A stretch of 64,000 nucleotides of DNA from an uncultured candidate division Zixibacteria bacterium (lineage in GTDB: Bacteria; Zixibacteria; MSB-5A5; UBA10806), in the NCBI GenBank assembly GCA_963817915.1, contig CAWFQL010000017.1, positions 96,001 to 160,000 of the forward strand. Direction: 5' to 3'. The position numbers and the translations under genes are program-made. The notes under the pieces are model-generated. The model ran no database searches, was not told where the DNA came from, and saw only the letters and a program-made list of their open reading frames with translations. Shown here one piece after another: positions 50,353 through 59,523 of the stretch. Numbering within the stretch: the first letter of the stretch is position 1; each line of letters opens with the position of its first letter.

Positions 50353-51515
50353 GCTTCGCCGGCAATCTTAACACGGTCTCGATGGCCGATATACTCCAGC
50401 TTATATTTTCATCGAAAATGTCAGGAGCAATGTTTGTTACCAAGAGTCAGTCTCGCCGCGAAATTTATTTTAAGTCGGGCCAGTTGATTTATGCCTGCTC
50501 CTCTGATGAAGAAAATTTATTCGGAAATCTTCTGCTTAAAAAAGGCAAAATATCGAAAGTCGAATTAGATCAGGTATTGAGGAGTCAGAAGGAAGGCAAA
50601 AAGATCGGCGCCATGCTTATCGAACGGAATCTTTTTACGCGTGACGAAATCATCGGCGCGCTAAAAATGCAGATTGAAGAAATCGTATATGGTCTGTTCG
50701 GATGGAAGGATGGCACATTCGAATTCATCGAGGGCAAAACCCCTCCGCCCGAAACAATTCAGACCGAACTCAATCCTATTAATATTATCATGGAAGGCAC
50801 CCGCCGTATCGACGAATGGGAACAGCTAAAGAAAGTACTGCCACCCGATGATTCATTTATCGAACTCGTACGCGAGCCAGCCTTGAGATCAGAAGAAATG
50901 AAGCTTTCGAAGAATGAATTCATGGTGCTTGCCGAAATTGGCCCGGGCAAACAGATTTCGAAAATTGTGAACGATAGCGTACTGGATCATTTCCTGACAT
51001 CGAAAGCCCTGGCTAATCTGCTTCAACTAGGCCTTGTCAAGGCGAGCAAGATGGTCGTGAAAGACAAGACTTCTGAGCAGGATGAGAAAGCTTTAGTAGA
51101 AGTCCTGGCACAAGTTTATATCAATAATCTGAGATATATCTTTGACAGTCTAAAAGAGAAACTAGGCTCGAAAGGTGAAAAAGTAATTTTCGAAACTTTC
51201 CAGGAAAATAAAATATTCTATCCGATCTTAAGCCAGAGTTTCGCCGGCAAGGACGGTCAGGTAAATTTCGATCTGTTTCTCGATCTTTACAAGAAGCTTC
51301 CGCCGGAAGCTCGTATCTGGCGCATCGTATCGAATTTTAATTCTCTGATTATCGATTATCTGGCGGCGGTAGAAAAAAATCTTGGCCCAAAAGTCTATAA
51401 ACGAGTACTTTCCGAAATTAAGATAAATATTCAAAATGATATCAATAAGAACAGGCAATTAGCGAATAAATATGGACTCGAAGAAGAATTTTCCCGAGTC
51501 CTAAAAGATAAATAG
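50349..51515 (+). CDS. DUF4388 (PatA-N-like) domain protein
   Basis: FAGNL..VSMADILQLI...SG, LFGWKDGTFEF, IIMEGTRRIDEW. Confidence 0.85.
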   Translation: MSFAGNLNTVSMADILQLIFSSKMSGAMFVTKSQSRREIYFKSGQLIYACSSDEENLFGNLLLKKGKISKVELDQVLRSQKEGKKIGAMLIERNLFTRDEIIGALKMQIEEIVYGLFGWKDGTFEFIEGKTPPPETIQTELNPINIIMEGTRRIDEWEQLKKVLPPDDSFIELVREPALRSEEMKLSKNEFMVLAEIGPGKQISKIVNDSVLDHFLTSKALANLLQLGLVKASKMVVKDKTSEQDEKALVEVLAQVYINNLRYIFDSLKEKLGSKGEKVIFETFQENKIFYPILSQSFAGKDGQVNFDLFLDLYKKLPPEARIWRIVSNFNSLIIDYLAAVEKNLGPKVYKRVLSEIKINIQNDINKNRQLANKYGLEEEFSRVLKDK

Positions 51516-51566
51516 AAGCGCTCTTCCCGCATCAGTAAACTTGTTGGATTAGAAAGCGGTCATTAA

Positions 51567-51866
51567 ATGGTTGCTCAGCTATATCCGGTAATAGAGACAG
51601 CATTACTGATAATTTTTTCGGTTGCGTGCATGATATTGACGTTGTCGATATTCAGGTCACTGCGAGGCGGCAGCCTCGGCAACCCCTGGATTTTTATTGT
51701 CGGCGGTTTTGCGCTTGGAGCCCTTTATGGCATTGTTCATTTTCTGGAAACTTTGAATATACTTTTCGAACAATATGACCTTAGGCTTTTTTATCTTGTT
51801 GTAGGCTCATTCGCATTGATTCTGATGTTAATTGGCTTTTGGGTATACAAACGCGGCCTTAGATAA
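51567..51866 (+). CDS. Small 3-TM membrane protein
   Basis: Three hydrophobic helices; same strand within the locus. Confidence 0.6.
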   Translation: MVAQLYPVIETALLIIFSVACMILTLSIFRSLRGGSLGNPWIFIVGGFALGALYGIVHFLETLNILFEQYDLRLFYLVVGSFALILMLIGFWVYKRGLR

Positions 51867-51884
51867 CACGGCAAGATAAATTCC

Positions 51885-51911
51885 TAAACATATACGCGCG
51901 ACTGTCGATAA
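51885..51911 (+). promoter_or_regulatory. Sigma28 (FliA/WhiG)-like promoter
   Basis: TAAA-N15-GTCGATAA compared with the consensus TAAA-N15-GCCGATAA. Confidence 0.55.
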
Positions 51912-51945
51912 TCTAAATAGTTGTTTTGACTCAAGAGGTTAGTTT

Positions 51946-52803
51946 ATGTTCGATTTTGCCGAATTAGACGATCGCATCGCTAAATGCGAGAAAATACTGG
52001 CTGCCGATCAAAACAGCCAGATATTTGCCGCTTTGGCCGAAGCCTATAGGAAAAAGGGTGATGTTAAAAGGGCCCAGGATGTTTGTATCCAGGGTCTTAA
52101 ATCTCACCCGAATTATTCGTCTGCCAGAATTGTATTGGCCAAAATACTTATGGATAGAGAAAATTTCGACGCTGCCTGGGAAGAATTAAAAAAGGCCATC
52201 GGCTCGTCTGGCAGGACTCGGACGATAGATCTTCTCGAATCCGAAATATTGATTCATAAAGGCCAGCAATCGTCGGCGCGGGCAATCCTCGAAAAGCTCT
52301 TTCTTACCGATCCTGAAAATGACACCGTTAGGAATCTGCTCGCCATTGCCTCGGATGAAAAACAGACGTATGGTTCTATTAATGCGCGAATGCCAGAAAG
52401 ATCGATAAATGCTTTCGAGCCCAAACGCACCACGCTTACTGAAGCAGTTGGAATTATCAAGGTCCTTCCGCGTGTCATGGGAGTGGCGATTGTTGGCCAT
52501 GACGGAATGGTTCTGGAAGGACGTTTTGACAGCGCGTTATCAAAAGAAGACATAGCGGCATTATCAAAAAGCATTTTCAATAGTGTCACTTCGAATGGCC
52601 AAAGATGTAATCTCGGCATGACCGCTGAAATTCTGATAGAAACTTGCAGTACTAAAATATGGATCATCAGGAAGGTAAAATTCCTTGTGGTCATCCTGAC
52701 GCGCGATGATGTCAGTTTGGGATCATTAAGGCTGAAGGTCGCCGAGATATTTCAACAACTGGAGAATTCTGAAAGCAGGAAAAATCAGGAGGAGGTCGAG
52801 TGA
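51946..52803 (+). CDS. TPR + roadblock/LC7 domain protein
   Basis: N-terminal TPRs (FAALAEAYRKKG...HPNY.SAR..LAK), C-terminal roadblock (GVAIVGHDGMV...SLGSLRL). Confidence 0.78.
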   Translation: MFDFAELDDRIAKCEKILAADQNSQIFAALAEAYRKKGDVKRAQDVCIQGLKSHPNYSSARIVLAKILMDRENFDAAWEELKKAIGSSGRTRTIDLLESEILIHKGQQSSARAILEKLFLTDPENDTVRNLLAIASDEKQTYGSINARMPERSINAFEPKRTTLTEAVGIIKVLPRVMGVAIVGHDGMVLEGRFDSALSKEDIAALSKSIFNSVTSNGQRCNLGMTAEILIETCSTKIWIIRKVKFLVVILTRDDVSLGSLRLKVAEIFQQLENSESRKNQEEVE

Positions 52804-53246
52804 AGAGCACTAAGATCATAAATAGATTTCAATCTTCGGTCGATTATCTGACTGAATATTCCGGAGTGATCGGGGCGGTGGTCTGCGACGACGAAGGTCT
52901 GATCATCGCCAAGGGAGGCGCTGAAGCATTCGATGCTGAAAGTTATGCGGCTCTGGGGCTGACCCTGGTCACGGACGTCGGCCTCAAATTAAAGCGTTTG
53001 ATCGGTCCCGAAATTGAATACGTTGTTTTGAAAACCGGAAGACACTGGTTGACTATCGCCAAATCCTCCAACATGTATCTAATTGTTGCCGCCGACAGAC
53101 ATGCCGACGATCTTCTGAATATCAGGATAACAAGGTCTATAGAAATGATAACTTCATTTGTAAAAGAAAAATATCCCTCTACGTCAGCTACGCAAAAACT
53201 GACTACGAGTTACATCGCAAAGAATATGGAGGATGTTCATGTATGA
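52800..53246 (+). CDS. Roadblock/LC7 domain protein
   Basis: GVIGAVVCDDEGLII...ESYAAL. Confidence 0.78.
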   Translation: MKSTKIINRFQSSVDYLTEYSGVIGAVVCDDEGLIIAKGGAEAFDAESYAALGLTLVTDVGLKLKRLIGPEIEYVVLKTGRHWLTIAKSSNMYLIVAADRHADDLLNIRITRSIEMITSFVKEKYPSTSATQKLTTSYIAKNMEDVHV

Positions 53247-53577
53247 TATTTTAGGCGAATTGAACAAGACATCCGGCATCAAGGGTTCGATGCTGGTGGG
53301 AGCGGACGGGATTATAATTGCCGCCGATTTGGATTCAAATCTCGAAGATGAGACCGTTGGCGCGTTGGCCGCGTCGATCATGTCAAATGTCAATAAGGCG
53401 CTCGAGAGGATGAAACAGCATGTCCCCGAGAGGATTACTATCGAAGCCGAACAGGGCAAAATATTCCTAAATGATGCCGGGGTCGGAATACTCGCGGTGG
53501 TAACTGAACCTAATGTTAATGTAGGATTGATAAGATTAGAAATTAAAAATGCGATTGCTCAAATAAAGAATCAATAA
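53239..53577 (+). CDS. Roadblock/LC7 domain protein (MglC-like)
   Basis: GIKGSMLVGADGIIIA...VNVGLIRL; GGAGG RBS favours ATG 53239. Confidence 0.82.
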   Translation: MYDILGELNKTSGIKGSMLVGADGIIIAADLDSNLEDETVGALAASIMSNVNKALERMKQHVPERITIEAEQGKIFLNDAGVGILAVVTEPNVNVGLIRLEIKNAIAQIKNQ

Positions 53578-53595
53578 ATAAAGGGCGCACTAATT

Positions 53596-54846
53596 ATGGT
53601 ATCAATAAACTACGCCTTTAAAGAAATAATATCAAAAATTGTCTACTACGGTCCGGGACTTTCGGGCAAGACGACAAATTTGCAGTACGTCTTCAAGAAA
53701 GTGCCGCAGGATACTAGAGGAGAATTGATAAGCCTCGCGACCGATGCGGACAGAACTTTGTATTTCGATTTTTTACCGGTTAATGTCGGTACTATCCAGG
53801 GATTCGCGACCAAATTCCAGCTTTATACCGTTCCCGGCCAGGTCTATTACAACGCCACTCGAAAGCTCGTGCTTCGAGGCGTCGACGGGCTTGTTTTTGT
53901 TGCCGACAGTCAGAATGAAAAAATGGATGAAAATGTAGAATCCATTCAGAATTTAAAAGACAATTTGGAAGAATATGGATACGACATCAAGCAGATTCCT
54001 ATGGTAATACAGTATAATAAGAGGGATTTACCTAATATTGTCTCAATCGAAGAACTCCAAAGGATTTTGAATCCAATGGGAATTCCCTACCACGAGGCGG
54101 TCGCTTCCACGGGCGAAGGCGTGTTTAAAACACTTAAGGCCATCAGCAAGATGGTACTTGATCAGGTCCGTTCGAAAAGAATGGAACCTGGACGTATCGC
54201 GCCAAAACCTGAGCCGGTTGCTGTTGGAGCCGCGTCAAAGCAAGTTCAAAGCGCTCCGGTAATGCCTGAACCCGCTCCGCAGATTGTTAAGCCTTCTGCT
54301 CCCAAAGCCGAGGCGGTTAGGGCCGCGGCTATGCAGACTCTTGTCGAGGAAAAAATAAGTGTTCCTCAAAGCACGGAAATGGGAATTCCCATTCATGAAA
54401 TAGAAGACAATGATGAACCATCAGCGCCGCCGGCTATTGTCTCGGAAGCCGAGGTGCATACTACTGTAGTGGTTTCCGATAACCCGGAAAAACAAAACGG
54501 TGAACAAACCGCTCAAAAGAAAGACGACCTTGAAGAAACAACCGAAAGGTCAATTCTAAAGGACGAAAGCCCGTCTTCGGAAATTCAACCGGAGGTGGCG
54601 GCGGAAACGAAGTCTATAAAAAAAAGTAAATACGTATTAGACGATATACCAGATGATGTTTTGTATGGCAAAAAGGCTCAGAAGGAAAATTTCGATGAAG
54701 AGGCGACCCAGATATCTGAAATAGTGATAAAGAATCCATTGCCTCTCGGAAAACCACAGATGGCAGAAAGCCGGAAAATAAGGGCGAAAAAGGGAAAATT
54801 CAGCCTTTTCAAATGGCTTAAAAAATCTGACGATGAAGAAGAATAA
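53596..54846 (+). CDS. mglA: Small Ras-like GTPase MglA with long C-terminal extension
   Basis: KIVYYGPGLSGKTTN, DRTLYFDFLP, LYTVPGQV, DGLVFVADS, NKRDL. Confidence 0.93.
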   Translation: MVSINYAFKEIISKIVYYGPGLSGKTTNLQYVFKKVPQDTRGELISLATDADRTLYFDFLPVNVGTIQGFATKFQLYTVPGQVYYNATRKLVLRGVDGLVFVADSQNEKMDENVESIQNLKDNLEEYGYDIKQIPMVIQYNKRDLPNIVSIEELQRILNPMGIPYHEAVASTGEGVFKTLKAISKMVLDQVRSKRMEPGRIAPKPEPVAVGAASKQVQSAPVMPEPAPQIVKPSAPKAEAVRAAAMQTLVEEKISVPQSTEMGIPIHEIEDNDEPSAPPAIVSEAEVHTTVVVSDNPEKQNGEQTAQKKDDLEETTERSILKDESPSSEIQPEVAAETKSIKKSKYVLDDIPDDVLYGKKAQKENFDEEATQISEIVIKNPLPLGKPQMAESRKIRAKKGKFSLFKWLKKSDDEEE

Positions 54847-54869
54847 TCGGCGATAAAAGGAGGTATAAA

Positions 54870-55355
54870 TTGGCTCAAGAACAACACGTCCTTTATGAGG
54901 ATCAGATCAAACAGATCGACAAAGCGCTGAACAGGATTATTAAGGAATCCGAGGCGAAATGCGCCCTGCTTGTAGATAAAGACGGTCATTTGATAACCCG
55001 ACAGGGCTTTACACATACGCTTGATACTACAGCTCTTGCCGCGCTTTTAGCTGGTAGCTTTGCGTCAACCAAGGAAATAGCCCGACTAGTCGGAGAGCCT
55101 GAATTTTCAGTGCTTTTCCATCAGGGGAAGAAAGATCATATTCATATTTCATTGATCGGCGAGAGGACAATTCTGGTTGTCATTTTCGATGATCGCACGA
55201 CAATCGGAATGATTCGCCTTTACGCTAAAGAAATCAGCGAAACCCTCAAGGAAATTCTCGAAAGCGAGAATAAAGGCAATCGATCTGACGTTGTCCTAGG
55301 TCAGGAATTTTCTGATTCGGCCGACGCCAAACTAAATGATATATTTCAGGATTAG
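54870..55355 (+). CDS. mglB: MglB, roadblock-fold GAP for MglA
   Basis: LLVDKDGHLI, LDTTALAALLAG, EFSVLFHQG, FDDRTTIGMIRL, C-terminal helix LNDIF. Confidence 0.9.
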   Translation: MAQEQHVLYEDQIKQIDKALNRIIKESEAKCALLVDKDGHLITRQGFTHTLDTTALAALLAGSFASTKEIARLVGEPEFSVLFHQGKKDHIHISLIGERTILVVIFDDRTTIGMIRLYAKEISETLKEILESENKGNRSDVVLGQEFSDSADAKLNDIFQD

Positions 55356-55400
55356 GCTGGCCGAGGATCTTTCACATAGTCTAAAGGGGTAGGAATCAAG

Positions 55401-57095
55401 ATGGCTCTCGAACTCGGCCGAATGCTGGTTAAAGCCGGCAAAATCACCGAAGATCAACTTCAGAAAGCGTTGGAAATGCAGAAGGATGGCGCCGGCAAGC
55501 TCGGCGAAATCCTTGTGAAGCTTGGTGCTGTCCCCGACGAAAATATTATTTCTGAATTCATAGGCAAACAACTTAATATCGGAGCCATTCGATTAAATGA
55601 TATCGAGCTCAATCCCGATATCGTCAAGCTGATTCCGCCTGATATCGCCAGAAAATTCAACGTAATAGCTATTTCAAAATTCGGGAAGACCCTGGTTGTA
55701 GCTATTTCCGATCCAAACAATATCTATGTTCTTGACGCCATCAAGTTTATTACCGGATGTAATATTCAGCCTGTAATTTCGCCGGAAAATACAATTCAAA
55801 AAGCTATTGAAATTTATTACGATGATTCCGGCGGCCTGAATGAAATCATAAAAGGGATGAGCAGCGAACTAGAGGTAGTCGAAGAAACCGAAGAGGATTT
55901 GCCCTCGGAGCAGGATCTGCAGTCTCAGGTGCAGGAAAAGCCTCTGGTCAAGCTGGTCGACGGTATTATCGCTGATGCTATTAAAAAAGGCGCTTCGGAT
56001 ATTCATTTCGAATGTTACGAAAAAAGGGTCAGAGTTCGCTTCAGATTGGATGGTGCATTACAAGAAATGGCTCCTATTCCATTCAAGTATCGCGCCGCAA
56101 TTATCTCACGTATGAAAATCATGGCCGACCTCGATATTTCCGAACGTCGTTTACCGCAAGACGGAAGAATTAAGGTTAAATTGGGCGAACGAACCATCGA
56201 CCTTCGAGTATCTGTCCTGCCAACGATTTTCGGCGAAAAGATAGTAATGAGAATTCTGGATCCTAAATCCTTGATGGTCGATATGACGAAACTTGGATTT
56301 CCAGAATTTGCCCTAAAGAATTTTTCAAAAGCAATCAGCTTGCCATATGGCATGATTCTGGTCACGGGCCCTACCGGTTCGGGAAAGACTACTACGCTTT
56401 ATTCGGCTCTTAAAACATTGAATACTATCGATGTCAATATCATGACCGCCGAAGATCCTGTCGAGTTTAATTTCGATGGTATCAATCAGGTTTTAGTCAA
56501 GACAGATATCGGATTGACATTCGCGGCGGCATTGAGATCATTTTTACGTCAGGACCCGGATATCGTAATGGTCGGTGAAATTCGAGACGGCGAGACTGCG
56601 GATATCGCGATAAAGGCCGCGCTTACAGGCCATTTGGTCTTTTCGACCCTGCATACGAACGATGCTCCGTCGACGATCAATAGGCTCGTAGACATGGGAG
56701 TCCCAAGCTATTTGGTGGCTGCCTCGACAAAATTGATAATGGCTCAGAGAATGATTCGAAAGATATGCACACAATGTCGTCATGAAATTCCTTTGACCGA
56801 TCAAATGAAGGAGGCTCTTGGCCTGGCGCCCGAAGAAGCCCAGACGATGAAAATATTCGAAGGCAAAGGCTGCAGCAATTGTAATGATACCGGATATTCG
56901 GGTCGAACAGGTCTATTCGAAGTCATGCCGATTACTCCTCAAATAGAAAAGATGATAGTTCAGGGTGCGTCCACCGCTGAAATTCGTGCGCAGGCGGTAG
57001 CTGAGGGTATGATGACTTTAAGGGATGCCGGTCTGGAAAAATTGCGCAACGGTATTTCGACAATTGAAGAAGTAGTTGCCGAGACTGCTTTATAA
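55401..57095 (+). CDS. pilB: Type IVa pilus extension ATPase PilB (copy 2)
   Basis: MshEN-like N-terminus, GPTGSGKT, TAEDPVE, FLRQDPD, CTQC/CSNC. Confidence 0.95.
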   Translation: MALELGRMLVKAGKITEDQLQKALEMQKDGAGKLGEILVKLGAVPDENIISEFIGKQLNIGAIRLNDIELNPDIVKLIPPDIARKFNVIAISKFGKTLVVAISDPNNIYVLDAIKFITGCNIQPVISPENTIQKAIEIYYDDSGGLNEIIKGMSSELEVVEETEEDLPSEQDLQSQVQEKPLVKLVDGIIADAIKKGASDIHFECYEKRVRVRFRLDGALQEMAPIPFKYRAAIISRMKIMADLDISERRLPQDGRIKVKLGERTIDLRVSVLPTIFGEKIVMRILDPKSLMVDMTKLGFPEFALKNFSKAISLPYGMILVTGPTGSGKTTTLYSALKTLNTIDVNIMTAEDPVEFNFDGINQVLVKTDIGLTFAAALRSFLRQDPDIVMVGEIRDGETADIAIKAALTGHLVFSTLHTNDAPSTINRLVDMGVPSYLVAASTKLIMAQRMIRKICTQCRHEIPLTDQMKEALGLAPEEAQTMKIFEGKGCSNCNDTGYSGRTGLFEVMPITPQIEKMIVQGASTAEIRAQAVAEGMMTLRDAGLEKLRNGISTIEEVVAETAL

Positions 57096-57148
57096 ATTAC
57101 AGTATTGTAAAATAATGTCGATAAATTGAATAAAAGGGGTATAAATTT

Positions 57149-58246
57149 ATGGTGACCTTGCGCGAATTGCTGGATTTGATGGTAAAAAGGAATAGTTCCG
57201 ATTTACATATTACTGTCGGAGCGCCTCCGGTATTGAGAATTGACGGCAAGCTCACTAAGACCGAATATGATGTTTTGTCTCCTGAAGATACCAAGAAGCT
57301 CGCTTATTCAATTTTAAACGAGAGACAAAGACAGAAATTCGAAGAGAATTCGGAGCTGGATTTATCCTTTGGCATTGAGCAGCTTTCGCGCTTCCGTTGC
57401 AATGTCTTTATGCAGCGTGGCAATGTTGCAATGGCTTTAAGGCAAATTCCCCATAAAGTTACGAGTTTCGAAGAGCTGGGATTGCCGGATGTCGTTCAAA
57501 AATTCGCCGACTTGCCGCGAGGGCTGGTGTTGGTAACGGGACCTACAGGCTCCGGTAAATCTACGACATTGGCTGCTCTGATAGACAAAATAAATACCGA
57601 GCGCCATATGCATATAATAACGGTCGAAGACCCGATTGAATATCTTCACAGGCACAAAAATTGCCTGATCAATCAAAGAGAAGTCCATTCGGATACAAAG
57701 AGCTTTGCCGCGTCGTTGAAATACGCGTTGAGGCAGGACCCCGATGTTGTGTTGATCGGTGAAATGAGAGATCTGGAGACGATGGAAGCCGCTCTGACCA
57801 TATCCGAAACCGGGCATTTGGCATTCGCGACATTACACACAAATTCCGCCGCCGAGGCAATCAACCGAATTGTGGATGTCTTCCCTACCAATCAGCAAGA
57901 ACAGGTTCGAGTACAGTTGTCATTTGTGCTACAGGGCATACTTTCGCAACAACTCATACCTAAGATTGGCGGAGGAAGAGTCATGGCAATGGAAATATTG
58001 GTCGCAACTCCGGCGTTACGGGCTGTAATCCGAGATGATAAGATTCACCAGATTTATTCATTGTTGCAGGCCGGACAAAAATTCGGTATGAGGACAATGA
58101 ACATGTCATTATTTGAGCTTTATAATAAGAAGAAAATATCACTAAACGATGCCATTACAAGATCGTCCAATATTCAGGAATTCGAGGAAATGATTGGACG
58201 TTCCGAATCACCGGATGGCACCAGAAAAATGCTGCAGGCCAAATAG
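57149..58246 (+). CDS. pilT: Retraction ATPase PilT (copy 2)
   Basis: SSDLHI, GPTGSGKS, LRQDPD, TLHTN, ALRAVIRD. Confidence 0.92.
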   Translation: MVTLRELLDLMVKRNSSDLHITVGAPPVLRIDGKLTKTEYDVLSPEDTKKLAYSILNERQRQKFEENSELDLSFGIEQLSRFRCNVFMQRGNVAMALRQIPHKVTSFEELGLPDVVQKFADLPRGLVLVTGPTGSGKSTTLAALIDKINTERHMHIITVEDPIEYLHRHKNCLINQREVHSDTKSFAASLKYALRQDPDVVLIGEMRDLETMEAALTISETGHLAFATLHTNSAAEAINRIVDVFPTNQQEQVRVQLSFVLQGILSQQLIPKIGGGRVMAMEILVATPALRAVIRDDKIHQIYSLLQAGQKFGMRTMNMSLFELYNKKKISLNDAITRSSNIQEFEEMIGRSESPDGTRKMLQAK

Positions 58247-58257
58247 CGAGGTAAAGC

Positions 58258-59457
58258 ATGCCTGTATACGAATATAAAGGCAAGTCCTTGGGTGGGAAGC
58301 AGGTTCAGGGCGAGCTCAAGGCAAAGAACAGGGCCGAACTTGAAAGGCTCTTGCGCGGCAATAAAATCCTGCTGACCAGTGTAACTAAACAGCCGTCGCA
58401 GATAAAAATCAAATTCGGGACCGGTGTCAAAAAAATCGACATCTCTCGTTTTACACGCCAATTTGCCACCATGATCTCGGCAGGTTTGCCAATGGTGCAA
58501 TGTCTCGAAATTCTCTCGACCCAGATGGAATCACCGGAATTTCGCAAGATCATCAACGAGGTCAAGGAGGCGGTGCAGTCCGGCTCAACATTATCCGAGG
58601 CTCTCGGCAAGCACAAGAAGGTATTCGATGATCTTTATGTAAACATGGTCGAAGCCGGTGAAGTCGGCGGCGCATTGGATACCATACTTATCAGGCTGGC
58701 TCAGTACAGAGAAAAGGCCGACAAACTTGCCAGAAAAGTCAAAGGCGCGTTAGTATATCCTATCGTGGTTGCGGTAGTGGCTACAGGCGTCACATTCGCG
58801 ATGTTGAGATTTATCGTGCCAACATTCGCCAAGATGTTTGGCGGACTGGGAGCGGAACTCCCCACGCCGACCAAAGTTGTGCTTGGTATTTCGACTTTCC
58901 TCCAGGCTAATACGGTTACATTGATAATTGCCATCTTTATCCTAATCGCCGCATTCCAGGTATTTTTAAGACAGCCCAAGGGAAGGCTGATGTTCGATCA
59001 GTTTAAGTTGAGAATGCCGATGTTAGGCGACCTGATTCGCAAAAGCGCCATTTCAAGATTCACCCGCACACTAGCGACGCTATTATCATCGGGAGTTTCA
59101 ATTCTCGATGCTTTGAATATAACGGCCAAGACCGCTGGAAATATGGTGCTTCATAACGCTATCAGAAAATCGATGTTGTCTATTGCGGAGGGCGAGACGA
59201 TTACTCAGCCTTTGAAGGATTCCGGCGTATTCCCGCCTATGGTTACACAGATGATTTCAGTAGGAGAGAAGACCGGCGGCCTGGATGACATGTTGGCCAA
59301 GATTGCCGATTTCTATGATGAGGAAGTCGATGCTGCCGTCGCGGCATTGACATCTATTATCGAGCCCGTAATAATTGTTTTCATGGGCGCCATTATCGGC
59401 GGTATCTTGATTGCAATGTATCTGCCAATGTTCGATATTATCGGCAAGATACAATAA
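58258..59457 (+). CDS. pilC: Platform protein PilC (copy 2)
   Basis: FTRQFATMISAG, AGEVGG.LD, ALVYP, GEKTG.LD, IEP, MYLPMF. Confidence 0.95.
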   Translation: MPVYEYKGKSLGGKQVQGELKAKNRAELERLLRGNKILLTSVTKQPSQIKIKFGTGVKKIDISRFTRQFATMISAGLPMVQCLEILSTQMESPEFRKIINEVKEAVQSGSTLSEALGKHKKVFDDLYVNMVEAGEVGGALDTILIRLAQYREKADKLARKVKGALVYPIVVAVVATGVTFAMLRFIVPTFAKMFGGLGAELPTPTKVVLGISTFLQANTVTLIIAIFILIAAFQVFLRQPKGRLMFDQFKLRMPMLGDLIRKSAISRFTRTLATLLSSGVSILDALNITAKTAGNMVLHNAIRKSMLSIAEGETITQPLKDSGVFPPMVTQMISVGEKTGGLDDMLAKIADFYDEEVDAAVAALTSIIEPVIIVFMGAIIGGILIAMYLPMFDIIGKIQ

Positions 59458-59469
59458 TAGAGATAAATC

Positions 59470-59518
59470 AAAGGCCTCGCTTCTCTAGTGATTCATGAAT
59501 GAAGACGAGGCCTTTTTT
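59470..59518 (+). terminator. Terminator-like hairpin just before the kinase start
   Basis: aaggcctcg...cgaggcc followed by T6. Confidence 0.6.
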
Positions 59519-59523
59519 ATTGT

